Assembly (NCBI GenBank): GCA_964016885.1
Contig: CAXHJY010000159.1
Span: 62,001-126,000, forward strand
Length of the DNA stretch: 64,000 nt
Source of the DNA: Eledone cirrhosa
Taxonomy: Eukaryota
Reading direction: 5' to 3'
The translations under genes were made by a program, and so were the position numbers. The stretch's first letter is position 1. Each line of letters starts with the position of its first letter. The notes below the pieces were generated by a model. That model ran no database searches. It was given only the letters and a program-made list of their open reading frames with translations, and was not told the DNA's origin. This document shows positions 25,839 to 38,831 of this stretch, one piece after another.

Positions 25839-26433
25839 TAGGGAATGTCGAAACATGTAACTAGAATCATAGTTATTTAGAACATTTAGGGTACATAATT
25901 GTTTTTAGTGTCAAAGGTATCATGTGGAGAGTCAGGAGTTAAAAAGATGTTCTGTTTGAAAGAACACAATTACAGGCAGCACTGGTTGAAACTGTAAGAT
26001 GTATAAGCGAAAAGCACAAGCAAAAAACACAGGCAAAAAGTTATAAGCAAGGAAAATTGGTGTATAATGCAGGAGTCAATACAGTCAATAAGGCATGTAT
26101 GAGGAAAGAGTTATAATGCAGTTGAAATAAACATATTTTGTGTGGGGTGTTAAAGCATGTTATAATTGTTATGAATGTTTAAGATAGTGTGCAATTTGTT
26201 AGAGAGACATGTGGTGATAATCTAGGTATTTGTTATGTAAGGTGTAGTGTAAAGCACGTGACAGAGTTGGATATGTGATTTTCATTCAAGTGTTTTTGTG
26301 TTGTAGTTCGTATGTATGTGTATATGTTGTTTGTTACTCACAGCTATTAACCATGGGATTATTTTGAGTCGTTAACAGTCAATAGGTGTTTGTTTGTTAA
26401 ATGTAAATATATATATATATATATGTATGTATG

Positions 26434-26479
<46 letters not shown>

Positions 26480-26481
<2 letters not shown>

Positions 26482-26644
26482 AACCAGAAAGACCCCGACA
26501 GCTGAGCTCGAGCCGGTCGAAACGGCTCGAGCTCAGCTGTCGGGGTCTTACTGGTTCCTATTACCCACTCTACCTCTACTACCTCAAGTATTGAGTACTT
26601 TGGTGCGTTATGGTCCACCTGGTTCCTTACCACATTTCCTTCGT

Positions 26645-26729
<85 letters not shown>

Positions 26730-26940
26730 GAAATTGTTCAAGACCACGACGGCAGAGCTCAAGCCGTTTGGACGGCTATTTCTGGTCCAGAAATAGCCGT
26801 CGAAACGGCTTGAGCTCTGCCGTCAGGGTCTTGAAAAATTTCCTATTACCCACTCTACTACCCTAAGTATTGAGTACTCTGGTGTGTTATGGTCCACCTG
26901 GTTTATTACCACACTTACTTCGTTATATATATAGATATAT

Positions 26941-26994
<54 letters not shown>

Positions 26995-27130
26995 CCGAAT
27001 TAGCCGTCGAAACGGCTTGAGCTCAGCCGTCGGGGTCTTACTTACTCCTATTACCCACTCTACTACCCTAAGTATTGAGTACTTTGGTGCGTTATGGTCC
27101 ACCTGGTTCCTTACCACTTTTCCCTCGCTA
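26480..27130 (+). repeat. Three short Penelope-pLTR-like units separated by (TA)n, two with 5' fold-back palindromes
   Basis: Shared CGTCGAAACGGCTTGAGCTCAGCCGTC...TATTACCCACTCTACTACCCTAAGTATTGAGTACT...GGTCCACCTGG. Palindromes at 26480-26558 and ~26728-26843. A fourth, inverted copy lies at 46980-47120. Confidence 0.7.
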
Positions 27131-27845
27131 TATATATATATATATATATATATACACTCATACTCTTTAAAACCATATTCCAAAAATATAATTTCTTTTA
27201 CAACCCTACTTTTGCCAATCCCATTTACCTCCCTCACCCATAGGATTTGTCTTTAGCTAACATTTCTCCTTTTCGCCACCCCCATCTGAACTCTTGACCA
27301 GTCCATTAACACAATTGAGATACACACATGTATTTACAGAAAATCTCCTTCTTCTTAAAAATAATTGTTTCTAATTTTTGGCACAAGGCCAGCAATTATA
27401 CCAGTGCATTACTGGTACTATATTTTAACCTCGGCCCTCTCCTTAAAAATAATGTTGTTCTGTGTAAAAAAAAACACAACTACTACCACTGCAGCTGCTA
27501 CTACCATGTCTACCTCTCTATATATACACAAGATTCCATTTTTACAGTCTTCTTCTCAACAAGAAAGATGAACAAACTTGCCTCAACACTTAATTTTAAA
27601 TCCTTAAATTTTAATTTTTAATTATTTTTTATTATTTTTATATGATATGGATGTTACTAATACATCAAAGCCGGTTATATTTTATATATTTCAGATACAT
27701 TATAAAACTCTTTTTTTAAAAGAATTTTCCCTCTCATTTTTCAATAATGTCACTTTGACGAATCAAAGGAAGGAAAAAAAGAAGAAAAACAGATCTTTAA
27801 ATATATTTTCCGTACTATTTCTAATTTCACCTTTGCTCTATCTCT

Positions 27846-27957
<112 letters not shown>

Positions 27958-28113
27958 CGATGATTTGATCAGAGACACACTGTATTTAAGGTCGAGTGAC
28001 GCAACTTCGAGTGATTAGCGGCCTTTAGACTCACCTGATCAATGAAACAATTGTTAATACTGTAAATAAAACCCTTTTTGTACAGCCGACCATGTTATTC
28101 TTCACTCTTTCAC

Positions 28114-28179
<66 letters not shown>

Positions 28180-28181
<2 letters not shown>

Positions 28182-28545
28182 CGATATTAAACAAATGGAA
28201 ATTACATTTATAAAACCATATTTATTTCATTATATATATTTCAGGGATATCATATTAAAATATGGTATGCCCTCTTCAGACAAAATACAATATATAGACA
28301 GTTTTATAAATAAATTTGACAGACCTTAGAGTTTACAACTTCCATTTAAAAAGTTGTTACGGTAGTAACAACTTTTTAAATGGAAGTTGTAAACTCTAAG
28401 GTCTGTCAAATTTATTTATAAAACTGTCTATATATTGTATTTTGTCTGAAGAGGGCATACCATATTTTAATATGATATCCCTGAAATATATATAATGAAA
28501 TAAATATGGTTTTATAAATGTAATTTCCATTTGTTTAATATCGTA
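28180..28545. repeat. Perfect palindrome, 181-bp arms, 4-nt loop (GGTA)
   Basis: 28180-28360 is the reverse complement of 28365-28545. Adjacent to (TA)n. Confidence 0.92.
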
Positions 28546-28628
28546 AAATACTCCAAAATCTGTTGAGTGCTTTTATATCAGTTATAAAATATTTACTCGT
28601 TGTAACCCAACATTTTAAATAAAACTTT

Positions 28629-28692
<64 letters not shown>

Positions 28693-29052
28693 TAAACGGA
28701 ATAGAAAATGCTGACAAATTGTTCACAGTTGAAAAATGGTTTAATTAGGAAATTAGGAATAAAAGAGTATTAGTGATTGTATGGGTTAGTATTCAGTTGT
28801 GGTTTTAAGTTTTTAAGTTTTTACCGGTTGCGCATTTCTAAATGCTTTTCAAAAATAATTTTGAGATAGAGTGTCCGTGCTGTTTGTTCTGTTTGCTATA
28901 TATATATATATATATTAGAAAGTGAGGTTTTTTTTACAAAATGAAAAATAACCGAGGTGTCCTACACGAGTGAAAGTATAAAGAAAAAGAGATGAAATCG
29001 AAAATGCAACTGGAGTCTTATTTTTTTTTTAAATATATATATTTATTTGGTT

Positions 29053-29090
29053 CCTTTACCGGTTTCGCAGTTCTTCTGCTTTTCAAAAGG
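29053..29090 (-). ncRNA. Minimal hammerhead ribozyme, U3-A8 core variant (mirror copy, sense to the Kv3 pre-mRNA)
   Basis: Exact reverse complement of 29823-29860. Confidence 0.7.
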
Positions 29091-29822
29091 TGAGTTGAGA
29101 TGGAGGGTCTGTGGTTTTTCTCATATCTGGTTGGTCTCTGAATGTTACTTGTTTTATATGGAAAAAGTGGCTCGAAATGCCGGGTTTTTCGAGAAGTAAT
29201 TTGATTGGTTTGTCAATAATTATAATAAATTTCGCGCCAGTTCGCGTTACAATAGTTCTTCAAATAAGAGGGAGGGGTTGTCGCAGGTTGTTTTTTCATA
29301 TATGAGTGTTTGAATTTCTTTTTACTTGAAAAAAGGAGGCTCACGAAGGCATTTTTTTTGGTTGGTTATAAATGAAATTATGGCTGTCACGTGAACAAAT
29401 TTTCATTAAACTTTTGTGCCCTTATTTGGAAATCCCTTCTGTAGCCTTTTTAGAGAATTTTTTGATAAGTGAAAGATAATGGTCAAGAGAAAGGGATGGG
29501 AGAATTGTTCTGGTTCAGTGAATATGGTTAGTTCGCTGGGGTGTCAGAATTCAGATTTTCTATGGAATAAAGAAAGTGAAGATATGTGTGTTTATTTGTG
29601 TGCTTGTGTGTGTGTGTGCGTGTGTGTGTGTGTGTGTGTTTGAATTTCTTTACTTTAAAAAAAGGTGGCTCACGAAGGCTTTTTTTAAAATAATTATTGA
29701 CAAACCAATCAAATTACTTCTCGAAAAACCTGGCATTTCGAGCCACTTTTTCCATATAAAACAAGTAACATTCAGAGACCAACCAGATGTGAGAAAAACC
29801 ACAGACCCTCCATCTCAACTCA

Positions 29823-29860
29823 CCTTTTGAAAAGCAGAAGAACTGCGAAACCGGTAAAGG
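29823..29860 (+). ncRNA. Minimal hammerhead ribozyme, U3-A8 core variant
   Basis: CCTT-TTGAAAA-GCAG-aagaa-CTGC-GAAA-CCGG-TA-AAGG. Stems I and II pair, with the palindromic ACCGGT stem III. Confidence 0.7.
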
Positions 29861-29929
29861 AACCAAATAAATATATATATTTTTTAAAAAAATAAGACTC
29901 CAGTTGCATTTTCGATTTCTTCTCTTTTT

Positions 29930-29992
<63 letters not shown>

Positions 29993-30045
29993 TAGAGCAC
30001 TCTTCACTTCTATGACCTTTTCTGTTTTCAACTGAAATTTCAATA

Positions 30046-30087
<42 letters not shown>

Positions 30088-30144
30088 CATATCAAATTAA
30101 GAGAAGTTAAGACGGGGTTACTTCACCATAATTGTTTTATTGCA

Positions 30145-30194
<50 letters not shown>

Positions 30195-30232
30195 TTATGA
30201 ATAACAACCTCGTATAAGCAACTTATCTTCTG

Positions 30233-30281
<49 letters not shown>

Positions 30282-30639
30282 AACGAACACAGAACTAGTC
30301 TTTTCCGAGTCATTGTGTTTAAAATAAATATATATATGCCCCTATATGTATGTGATTATGTGCCGTCGTGCAAGTAAGTAAATATGTATATATTAGTCTT
30401 TAAATGAAGGATAGATTAGATTATATGTTTTTCAGTAAACTGAGTCTGGGGAAATGGCGTGAGTGTCACGGTTGGAAATCCTTAGATCGTGAATCTGTTC
30501 CATTGGGGGTGACCTGAATGAGTTTTAATACCTTTCAGACCAATGGCAATAAGGGCTCTAGAATGGATAGTGAAAGGATCTGGCCCAGCAGGTGTCCCAA
30601 TGTACTGCAGCCTAGGCCCGGTCGTTGTCCTGCTACTGC

Positions 30640-32917
30640 AAGAAATTTCTGATTTCAACCTTTGAATATTGGGTGCTGGAATGTTCGCACAAGATTCTCA
30701 GAATTCTACAATGCGTCCTGAAAGTAGATCAACGTTGGTAGCTAAAGAACGGCAACGATACAACAAGGATGTAATGGCCTTTTCTGAAACAAGACTCTCT
30801 GAAGAAGGCCACTTCACAGAACAGTCTGGTGGTTACACCTTTTATTGGCGAGGAAGATCAGAAGGATGCAAGAGGGAGGCTGGCGTAGCATTTGTCGTTA
30901 AGAATTCTCTAGTTTTTAAACTGGAGGAGGTTCCATGTGGATTAACTGATCGTCTTATGTCAATGAGAATTTCATTATCAACGAGTAGGTTTGTCACTCT
31001 AGTGAGCGTATAGGCTCTAACCATGACTTCCTCTGAAGATATAAAACTTTCTTTCTCTCTCTCACTGAAGGAACTAGTCCGCACAATTCCTCAGGCTGGA
31101 TGACTTCAACGCTAAAGGTGGCAAGGATTATGAAACCTGGAATGAGCTCGGAAAATATGATTGATTATGTTCTTGTTCGTAGGCATGATGTTCGTGATGT
31201 GTGCAGTGTCAGGTAGAAGGGACGACTGTAATAATTACCATAAGATATCCATTCTATCTGTTGGAGGCAAGGTCTTATATCATACTAGACAGGCTCCTTG
31301 ACAACATCGCTGATGAAATCCTTTCTGAATCTCAGTATGGATTTATAAATGGTAGGGGAACAACGGTTAGACAGCTGCAAGAGAAATGCATTAAGCAGAG
31401 AATGGACCTTTATCTGACAAAAGCTTTTGATAAAAAGCAATAAAATTTCCGTAGAAGATTCTCAGGAAAATCGGGTGTCCTGATAGATGTGTCTCTGTGT
31501 TGAGAGGCTTCCATGGTTGAATGAAAACAAGTGCCAGTGTGGGTGGTAGGCTTTCTGATCCCATTGTGGTTGAAAATGGTGTTAAGCAAGGGGACATTCC
31601 GGCACCGATTCTGTTTGTATTGTACTTTGCTATGATTTTCTTGGTGGCTTCTGAAGGCTGCTCACATTGGGTTTACATTAGATATCGAACAACAGGTAAA
31701 ATGTTAACTGTCAGAAGGTTTGCTGCCAGAACGAAGATATTTACATCGCTGATACCCAAATTCCTGTATGCTGACAACTGTGATCTTGTTGTTCATTTTC
31801 GAAAGCATGCAGTGCATTTGGGCCTAACAATCAGTCTGAAAAAGACTGTGTCATTGTACCAACCCGCACTAGGCAAAGCTTACTCTACGCCAAACATATA
31901 AGTCAAAGATTGAAAGTCATGGATAAATTTGTATATTTGGGAAGCACTTTGAATATGACCAATACTCTGGATGAAGAAATCTCACTCCGAATCAAGAAGG
32001 CAGGTGATGCATTTGGAAAACTGGATGGACATCTAGGTCACAGCATGGTATTTCCATTGGACAAAGATAAAAGTGTATAATGCTTATGTTTTGTCCTCTT
32101 TGTTGTACGCATCTAAGACTTGGATCACTTACCGAAGGCATCTCGAAAGGTTGGAGCAGTTTCACCAACAGTGTCTTCAACGAATACAGGGCATCCACTG
32201 GAAAATGTAATTGGCTGACACTGAAGTCCTCGAACGCAGTCGGTCTACCAGTAAAGAGTCTCTCATATTTCAACATCAATTAAGAGGAAGTAGTCATGTA
32301 GTGAGAATGGATGATGATCGCATCCCTAGGCAGTTCCTGTATGGTGAGCTGGTCGAAGATAAACGACCGGCGCATAAACCAACATTGAGGTACATGGATT
32401 GAATTAAAAGCACACTGAGGAATGACTTGGAGAACCTCGCTCTAGATCGACTTTCTTGGAGGAAGGCAGTGCTGGTGGAGAGAGGAGAATTTGAAAGAAA
32501 CCGTGTTCAGCATCAACAGCTCAACAGTGTCCTCGTAAAGGCCTTAAATTTGGTTTGTCTAAGTATGCAGGTTGATTTAACTTGTAAATAATGTGGCCGG
32601 TAATGTCTAAGTAAGGCGGGCCATGGAAGTCATCGGAGAAGCCATGTACACGGGGACGCTGACAACTGTGCATTGTATGGCTTTTCTGTGAGTGGGAAAT
32701 GTGGAAAAGAGTGTGCCTCAGTTGGTGGACTGAAACCTTATTTGAAACTGCACCAAAACAGGACCGTAACATCTACTGCCAGAGGCACCCATTGTTGTAG
32801 CTTCTGTGTAAGAGTGTGCACAGAAATTTCTGGCAGGACTAAAAAGCCACATCCGTGTTACTAATTCTTAATTAAATATCAAGCGATAACATTATTCGAA
32901 ATCGAGTTGCAGCCATC
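30640..32917 (+). mobile_element. Decayed, internally deleted RTE-clade LINE
   Basis: APE endonuclease fragment (RSTLVAKE..RYNKDVMAFSETRL..GYTFYWRG..GVAF), RT fragments (LTKAFD, GVKQGDIPAPILF, FLYADNCDL), MDDDRIPRQFLYGEL, C-terminal C2H2-like AGLKSHIR, then a (TATG)n tail. Confidence 0.85.
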
Positions 32918-32956
32918 ATGTATGTATGTATGTATGTATGTATGTATGTATGTATG

Positions 32957-33546
32957 CTACTGGTAACATGTATCCCAGTACAACCTGTCTCATGGTCGGG
33001 TCGTTGGCGACTAAACTGGCAACCCCACCAAGGTTTCTTGGTGAGGAGGGTGACTTTGGACATCCTGCAGGACTAAAAACAAAACCTGTCAAAGGGCAAG
33101 GGAGCTCTTAAGAGTCAATAGCCATCCAAAATCACCGGGAGAGATGACCCCTTAGCCTTTGTCAAGGCAGAATTCTAGGAGAAGGAAAACTCTGATATAA
33201 CACCTGCAACCCTGATGGTATCCAATGATGTTGACTTGTTCTTCTTTTTGGTAAATATCATCTTGGTTAAGAGAGTGGGACTGGCTTTGTGCAGTGCCTT
33301 TGCTCACTATAAAAGCTTCACAGCACAGGCATTGCTTTATATCTGGAGATCTCTCTGCACTTGTCATCACATGGTACCATGGGCCCTACACTATGTGTCA
33401 ATAATGGTCACAAATGTAGCCTTTGTACCAGAGTTTTCAAGTCGCTGGCTGGACTAAAAAGTCACATTCGTTCAGCGCATCGGTAGGGGTTCTCCTACAT
33501 GGATATAAAGTAGTGGCCGTACTCGAAAACGAGTTGGCAGCCACCA
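32957..33546 (+). mobile_element. Non-autonomous RTE-derived element between (TATG)n arrays
   Basis: Second copy of the 7353-7960 element. (TATG)n at 32918-32956 and 33546-33628. Confidence 0.8.
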
Positions 33547-33628
33547 TGTATGTATGTATGTATGTATGTATGTATGTATGTATGTATGTATGTATGTATG
33601 TATGTATGTATGTATGTATGTATGTATG

Positions 33629-34136
33629 TCAGGTCACTCTCGAGTGCTACTGGTAACATGTAACCCTGTACAACCTGTCTCATGGTCGGGTCGTCGGTGT
33701 CAAAACCGGCAACCCCACCGTTGAGGAGGGTGATTTTAGGACACCCTGCGGGATGAAATACAAGACCCAGAAAAGGGCAGAGGAACCCAGCGGAATCAAT
33801 GGCCATTCAAATAATACTTTTTTTTCTCGCCTGGGAGTGAAAGGCCCCCATTTGTTATCACAATACCTTTCTAAGAGAGGGAAACTCTAAAAAAAAAAAA
33901 GAACCTGCAGCTGATGATGTTGACCAGTTCTCCTTTTCGGGTAGTGTTTTCGATGTTCAGAGAATGGGATTGCTCAAGTGCAAGGCCTTTCCCCACTTAA
34001 AAAAACCTTCAAAGCACAGACATTGCTTGTTCAGGGTCTGTTACAGGTTCGTGTGGCTGGCCGTAGCCTAAAAGTGCACCAAACTCTATAACCTGATAAG
34101 CGATTGCAATACTTTTAGCAGAGTTTGCAGCCATCG
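33629..34136 (+). mobile_element. Related, diverged non-autonomous RTE-derived element
   Basis: Shares the 5' block GTGCTACTGGTAACATGTA..TACAACCTGTCTCATGGTCGGGTCGT and the 3' end GAGTTTGCAGCCATC with the preceding element. Confidence 0.65.
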
Positions 34137-34171
34137 TGTCTGTATATATGTGTGTATGAATGTATGTATAT

Positions 34172-34315
<144 letters not shown>

Positions 34316-35161
34316 ATATTAATGTTGGGCTGTAGATTTATAGATATAAAGATAACAACAAACATTTATTGCATGCATGTAGCACAGTTGTATTTATTAT
34401 GTTTTGTGCATTTTGATTGATTGGTACACGGGTTTCATTGGAAAAACTCGAGTACCAGACTACCGAGATACATCAAACATATTATAAATTATATATATGT
34501 AATTATATCGTATTGTTTACATGAGTGTATCCGTGTAACTATGTATATTTTATGGACGATCATGTTATTTTGAAAAATAGATCAGGCCTGCAAGGAGCGA
34601 CATATTAATAAATTGATTGTATTAATAATTCATTGTTTGTATTAACAATATTCTCCAGAATAACCAATCCAGCAGATCATATATAACACTAGATTAACTC
34701 CTTACATAGTAAAAATATTTTTGTCCGACTCCCCTTCCGTCTTTATGTTCTCTTTTGCTTTTCTTGATCTACGTTTTTGTATGTTTTCTTTCCTTTTCGT
34801 TTGATTGTCTTTCTTCATTTATTTGAGTGTAAGACATTCCAAAGAGAAGAAACCGGGACATTTTTCTCTGTGAGTTCTTCATACTCTGAATAAGGGAATT
34901 TTCAGTCCCGGAATATTAGGTCCCAAAGAGAAGAAACCGGGATATTTTTCTCTGGGAGTTCCTTATACTCTGAAGAAGGGAATTGTAAGTCCCGAACTAT
35001 TAGGACGAAAGAAACAACAGCAACAAAAAAAAAAAGATTACCAGGTAACTAATATTTCGTTACCTTCATCTTACCGTCCATTTTGCATTGATTAGTCTTA
35101 TTTCACTTTCCACGTTATATATTATATACAATGCATCAAGCAAACTACATTTTATTATAAA

Positions 35162-35529
35162 CTAACCCACCCGCGACCCGTTGGGTCACATTCACTTCAA
35201 AATACTTTTTTTAAATCATGTTCACTTAGGAATAATTTTGAAATAATTAAAATATACACAGACGTATATAATGTGAAATGAAACTGGAAGGCCTATATAT
35301 ATACGTGTGTGCATCTATATATATAAATGTGTGTGTTTGTATACATATATATGTATGATATGTATGTGTGTGTATAGATGTATATGTGGGTGTCTGTGAT
35401 CTATGCACTGGTCATAGACACACACACACACACACTCATATATGTATATACACAACAACTCTCTCTCTCTCTATCTCTCGCTCTCTCTCTATCTATCTAT
35501 CTCTCTATCTCTCTCTCTATCTCTATCTC

Positions 35530-35578
<49 letters not shown>

Positions 35579-35873
35579 CTCCTTCTCTGTCTCCTCTCTC
35601 CCTCTCTATGTTTCTCTCTCAATATACTCTCTCGCAACCACTATCTCTTTCTCTCTATCCTTCTCTCTCTCTATTTATGAAGGTACACAGAAAACCACAT
35701 ATCTCGAGAAGCCGTGGTCAGATTTACGCGAAACTTGTTTTATTCCATTTGTATTCCCATTTCAGGGGCAACTTTCTTTCAAAGTATTTTCCCATTATGC
35801 GCCCTTTTCGCTGTATCACATTACAGATAAGTAAGCAAGCAAGCAATCACAAAATGTTAGTAATATATATAGA
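35162..35873 (-). mobile_element. Non-autonomous Helitron
   Basis: Minus-strand 5' TCTATATATATTAC..., 3' GC-rich hairpin GTGACCCAACGGGTCGC followed by GGGTGGGTTAG|T. Internal microsatellites. Confidence 0.6.
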
Positions 35874-38477
35874 TAGATAGATTTATAGATATATAGATAG
35901 ATATATATATAGATATATAGATAGATAGATTTATATTTATTCATATATGGAAGTAGAACTACAAGGATATTTGTAAAATATTTGTAAATGTGTTAACATT
36001 TGCACATCTTCCCAGCACCCTATTTATCTATTCACTTTACTTTCCTAGTTGAAACAGACTGTTGTTTTTTTCCATCCCTATGATGCTGTGTTATACATTT
36101 CATATGCATCTTTCCGGTGGTTTGTTCAAGCTTTCGTGCAACCTCGGCTCAATATTGTACAATCACGCTTTTTTGCACAAACTTACATTGCGCAGAGGGT
36201 GGCTGACAAAGAAGACCGGTGGTTTTGTTCGTTCCTCCTGCGTGTTTCATTTTTCAGTATGCAATTTTGACATATATGTGTGTGTGCGTGTGTGTACGTA
36301 TACGAATATGTATGTAATGTTTTAAAACAGACATTATAAATGTTTCCATTTCCTAAAAGCAATTTTATTAGTATATAAATTATCACCTACACTACTCTTA
36401 ATCATATTTATATAATAATGTTTTTCACACCGTTTGTGTAATAGTCTCCTTTAAAACATTTTAGGGTAACATTTGCTTTAAAGCTAACGTCATCACTTTC
36501 AATTAAAATGAAAAACATATTCGCTACTACAAATATTGAAATAACTAATGCAAATACTGTAAAATTTATGATTACATAATATTAACGCAAATTAATCAAT
36601 CTCATGCATAAATGAATTATTTGGAAATTCTTTCGTGAAGTCATACGTATCCAAATATGTAAATAATATTTAATAACAAGGAAATGATCCTAATTACAAG
36701 CAAACAGATAGCTGTATATAGAATTACAAAGAGTTGTTAGCATAAAGAAAATTCGATTATAAATATGCCTGAAGATGTCAGCGTTGGAAAGAATTATTAT
36801 GAAAGCAAAACTGGGGATGAAAATGTTTCTTTGACAGTTGTAAGAATCTCCATTTCAAATGCAGGTGGTATGGCAACTTAATGGACCCCCGATTGTGAAA
36901 TGATAATGAATACAATCAAACAAAGGAAGCTGAATGTGAAAGTTGAATTCTAGAAATGATGTCTATTCTGATCCACTTACTTAGAACTTAAATTTGACAA
37001 TGATAAAATATGACATGAAAATAGGAAGGCTAGATATTCATAATAAAAGAATTTAAAAGACTACAGCGTATAGGCATCTAAACTCAAACTACATTAAAAA
37101 TATGTCTGAATAAAATGCTATAATAAAATACTAATGTATAAAAATGTCAAAGCTTCGAAAGCGACACAAAGAAATGCCAAACTAAGCAATTCAACGCTAT
37201 AATATAAAATTATAAAAGCCAATGGAATATGAAATATCTATCAGGTGAACGGTTTGATTGGAGCTAATGGACATTATAGAGAACATAAATAGTTATGGAA
37301 ACTATTCTTTGTGAAATTTATCAATAAATTACTCTCATATTTTTCTTAATTCTTCTCTTTTTGTATATAAATATACTTGTTAATTTTAATACTTTTTTTA
37401 TAGATATTACAAGTACTACGCTATTTAGATTGCTTAATGATAAAGTAATGTGTGAAATGACTATGATAAGCACCAAACTCATTACTTGATTCCAAAGACT
37501 AAAATATCAGTTATAATTTATACAGATGCGTGCGCACGCCCTCACATACATACACAGACACACACACATACACACATACATACATACATACATACATACA
37601 TACATACATACATACATACATACATACATACATACATACATACATACATACATACATACGTACGTACGTACATTAGTATACACATATACGCTTTTATCTT
37701 GCAAGAGGTGTTTCCAAACTGTTCCGGGTGATTCTGTTGCTTGTTGCTGTAACTATATTGTCATCTTAATCTTAATACAGATTTTTATCATTGCACAATA
37801 AAACATACTTCAAAGTGTGTCGGATGTTTATAATGCATTTATTTGTATAAATAAATATTTATGGGCATTTTTAAATAATCCAACGATAGTCGAATAAATT
37901 GGAATGAAAATAATTTGAAACATAGATTGATAAGTTCACATCTTATTTCAAAATACACTGTCATTTGTGTGTATTCATTGGTGCTTGTGTTTATATCTTT
38001 AAATGTTTAGTCCTGTGATTAAAAGTAATGTATGTTCAAAATCGGAATTAATTGTCAAATAGTATACCTAAATTATACATTTAACTTCATATTTCAGCAT
38101 ATCTTTTTGGTTTTCACGTCATGTTTCTTTATTTGGTGTCTGGAGATACAATCCAATTGCAGCATTTATAGAAATTATTTACAATGTATATTTAGAAATT
38201 GCTTTTAAATGTTATCGTTCGAATAGTCAATTTGATTTTTGATTGCACGTCTGCTATTCTGTTTATATATAGAGAGAGAGAGGGGGGGGGATTTCAGTGT
38301 GGTCTACCCTAGGTAGATAGAACTCAATGTAATCTTATGGCGAGTAATCCAGTAAAATCCATAGAAAGGTTCTGTGTTCCGCTGAGTTAATCCCTTAGAT
38401 ACAAAGTCAGATATTAGGTATTAATTTAACAATGAAAATAATGACAACAAAGTCGAGTTATTTTACCTATTCATATC

Positions 38478-38603
38478 ATTGTTTTACGATCGTTTCGGAA
38501 GGTTGATCATATTGACATATTGTCTGATCTATAGCAGTTATATAAATGTATGCTATCAGATCTCATATATAGGTTCGATCAGACCGTCTTCTTCGGAAAC
38601 AAT
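38478..38603 (-). ncRNA. Hammerhead-like motif with an extended stem II (degenerate, U4C)
   Basis: ATTGTTT-CCGAAGA-[long stem II ending GATCAACCTTCC]-GAAAC-GATC-GTA-AAACAAT. 7-bp stem I, palindromic stem III. Bracketed by a ~32-bp inverted repeat (38411-38442 / 38602-38633). Confidence 0.55.
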
Positions 38604-38785
38604 TATTTTCATTGTTAAATTAATACCTAATATATATATATATATATAGTATGCTAGGGAAAGGATCAGGGGTGTATAATACTCCACTTATCCAGCAGGC
38701 AGTATGAGGTTAGCTCAATGTCTGAGGACAGAGCCGTAATATAATAAATAACAAAGAACGCTTATAGCATATGCATATCTTTACT

Positions 38786-38831
38786 TGCTAACATTGTTTC
38801 ATCCGCACTATAAGTGGGACTCATCAGAGCA
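38786..38831 (-). ncRNA. Minimal hammerhead ribozyme motif (mirror copy, sense to the Kv3 pre-mRNA)
   Basis: Exact reverse complement of 41122-41167. Confidence 0.7.

Larger units (their letters stand above)
28979..29935. repeat. Inverted pair of ~245-bp Penelope-pLTR-like arms
   Basis: 28979-29223 vs 29690-29935, near-identical reverse complements. Each carries a hammerhead motif and the right arm abuts (TA)n. Confidence 0.85.
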
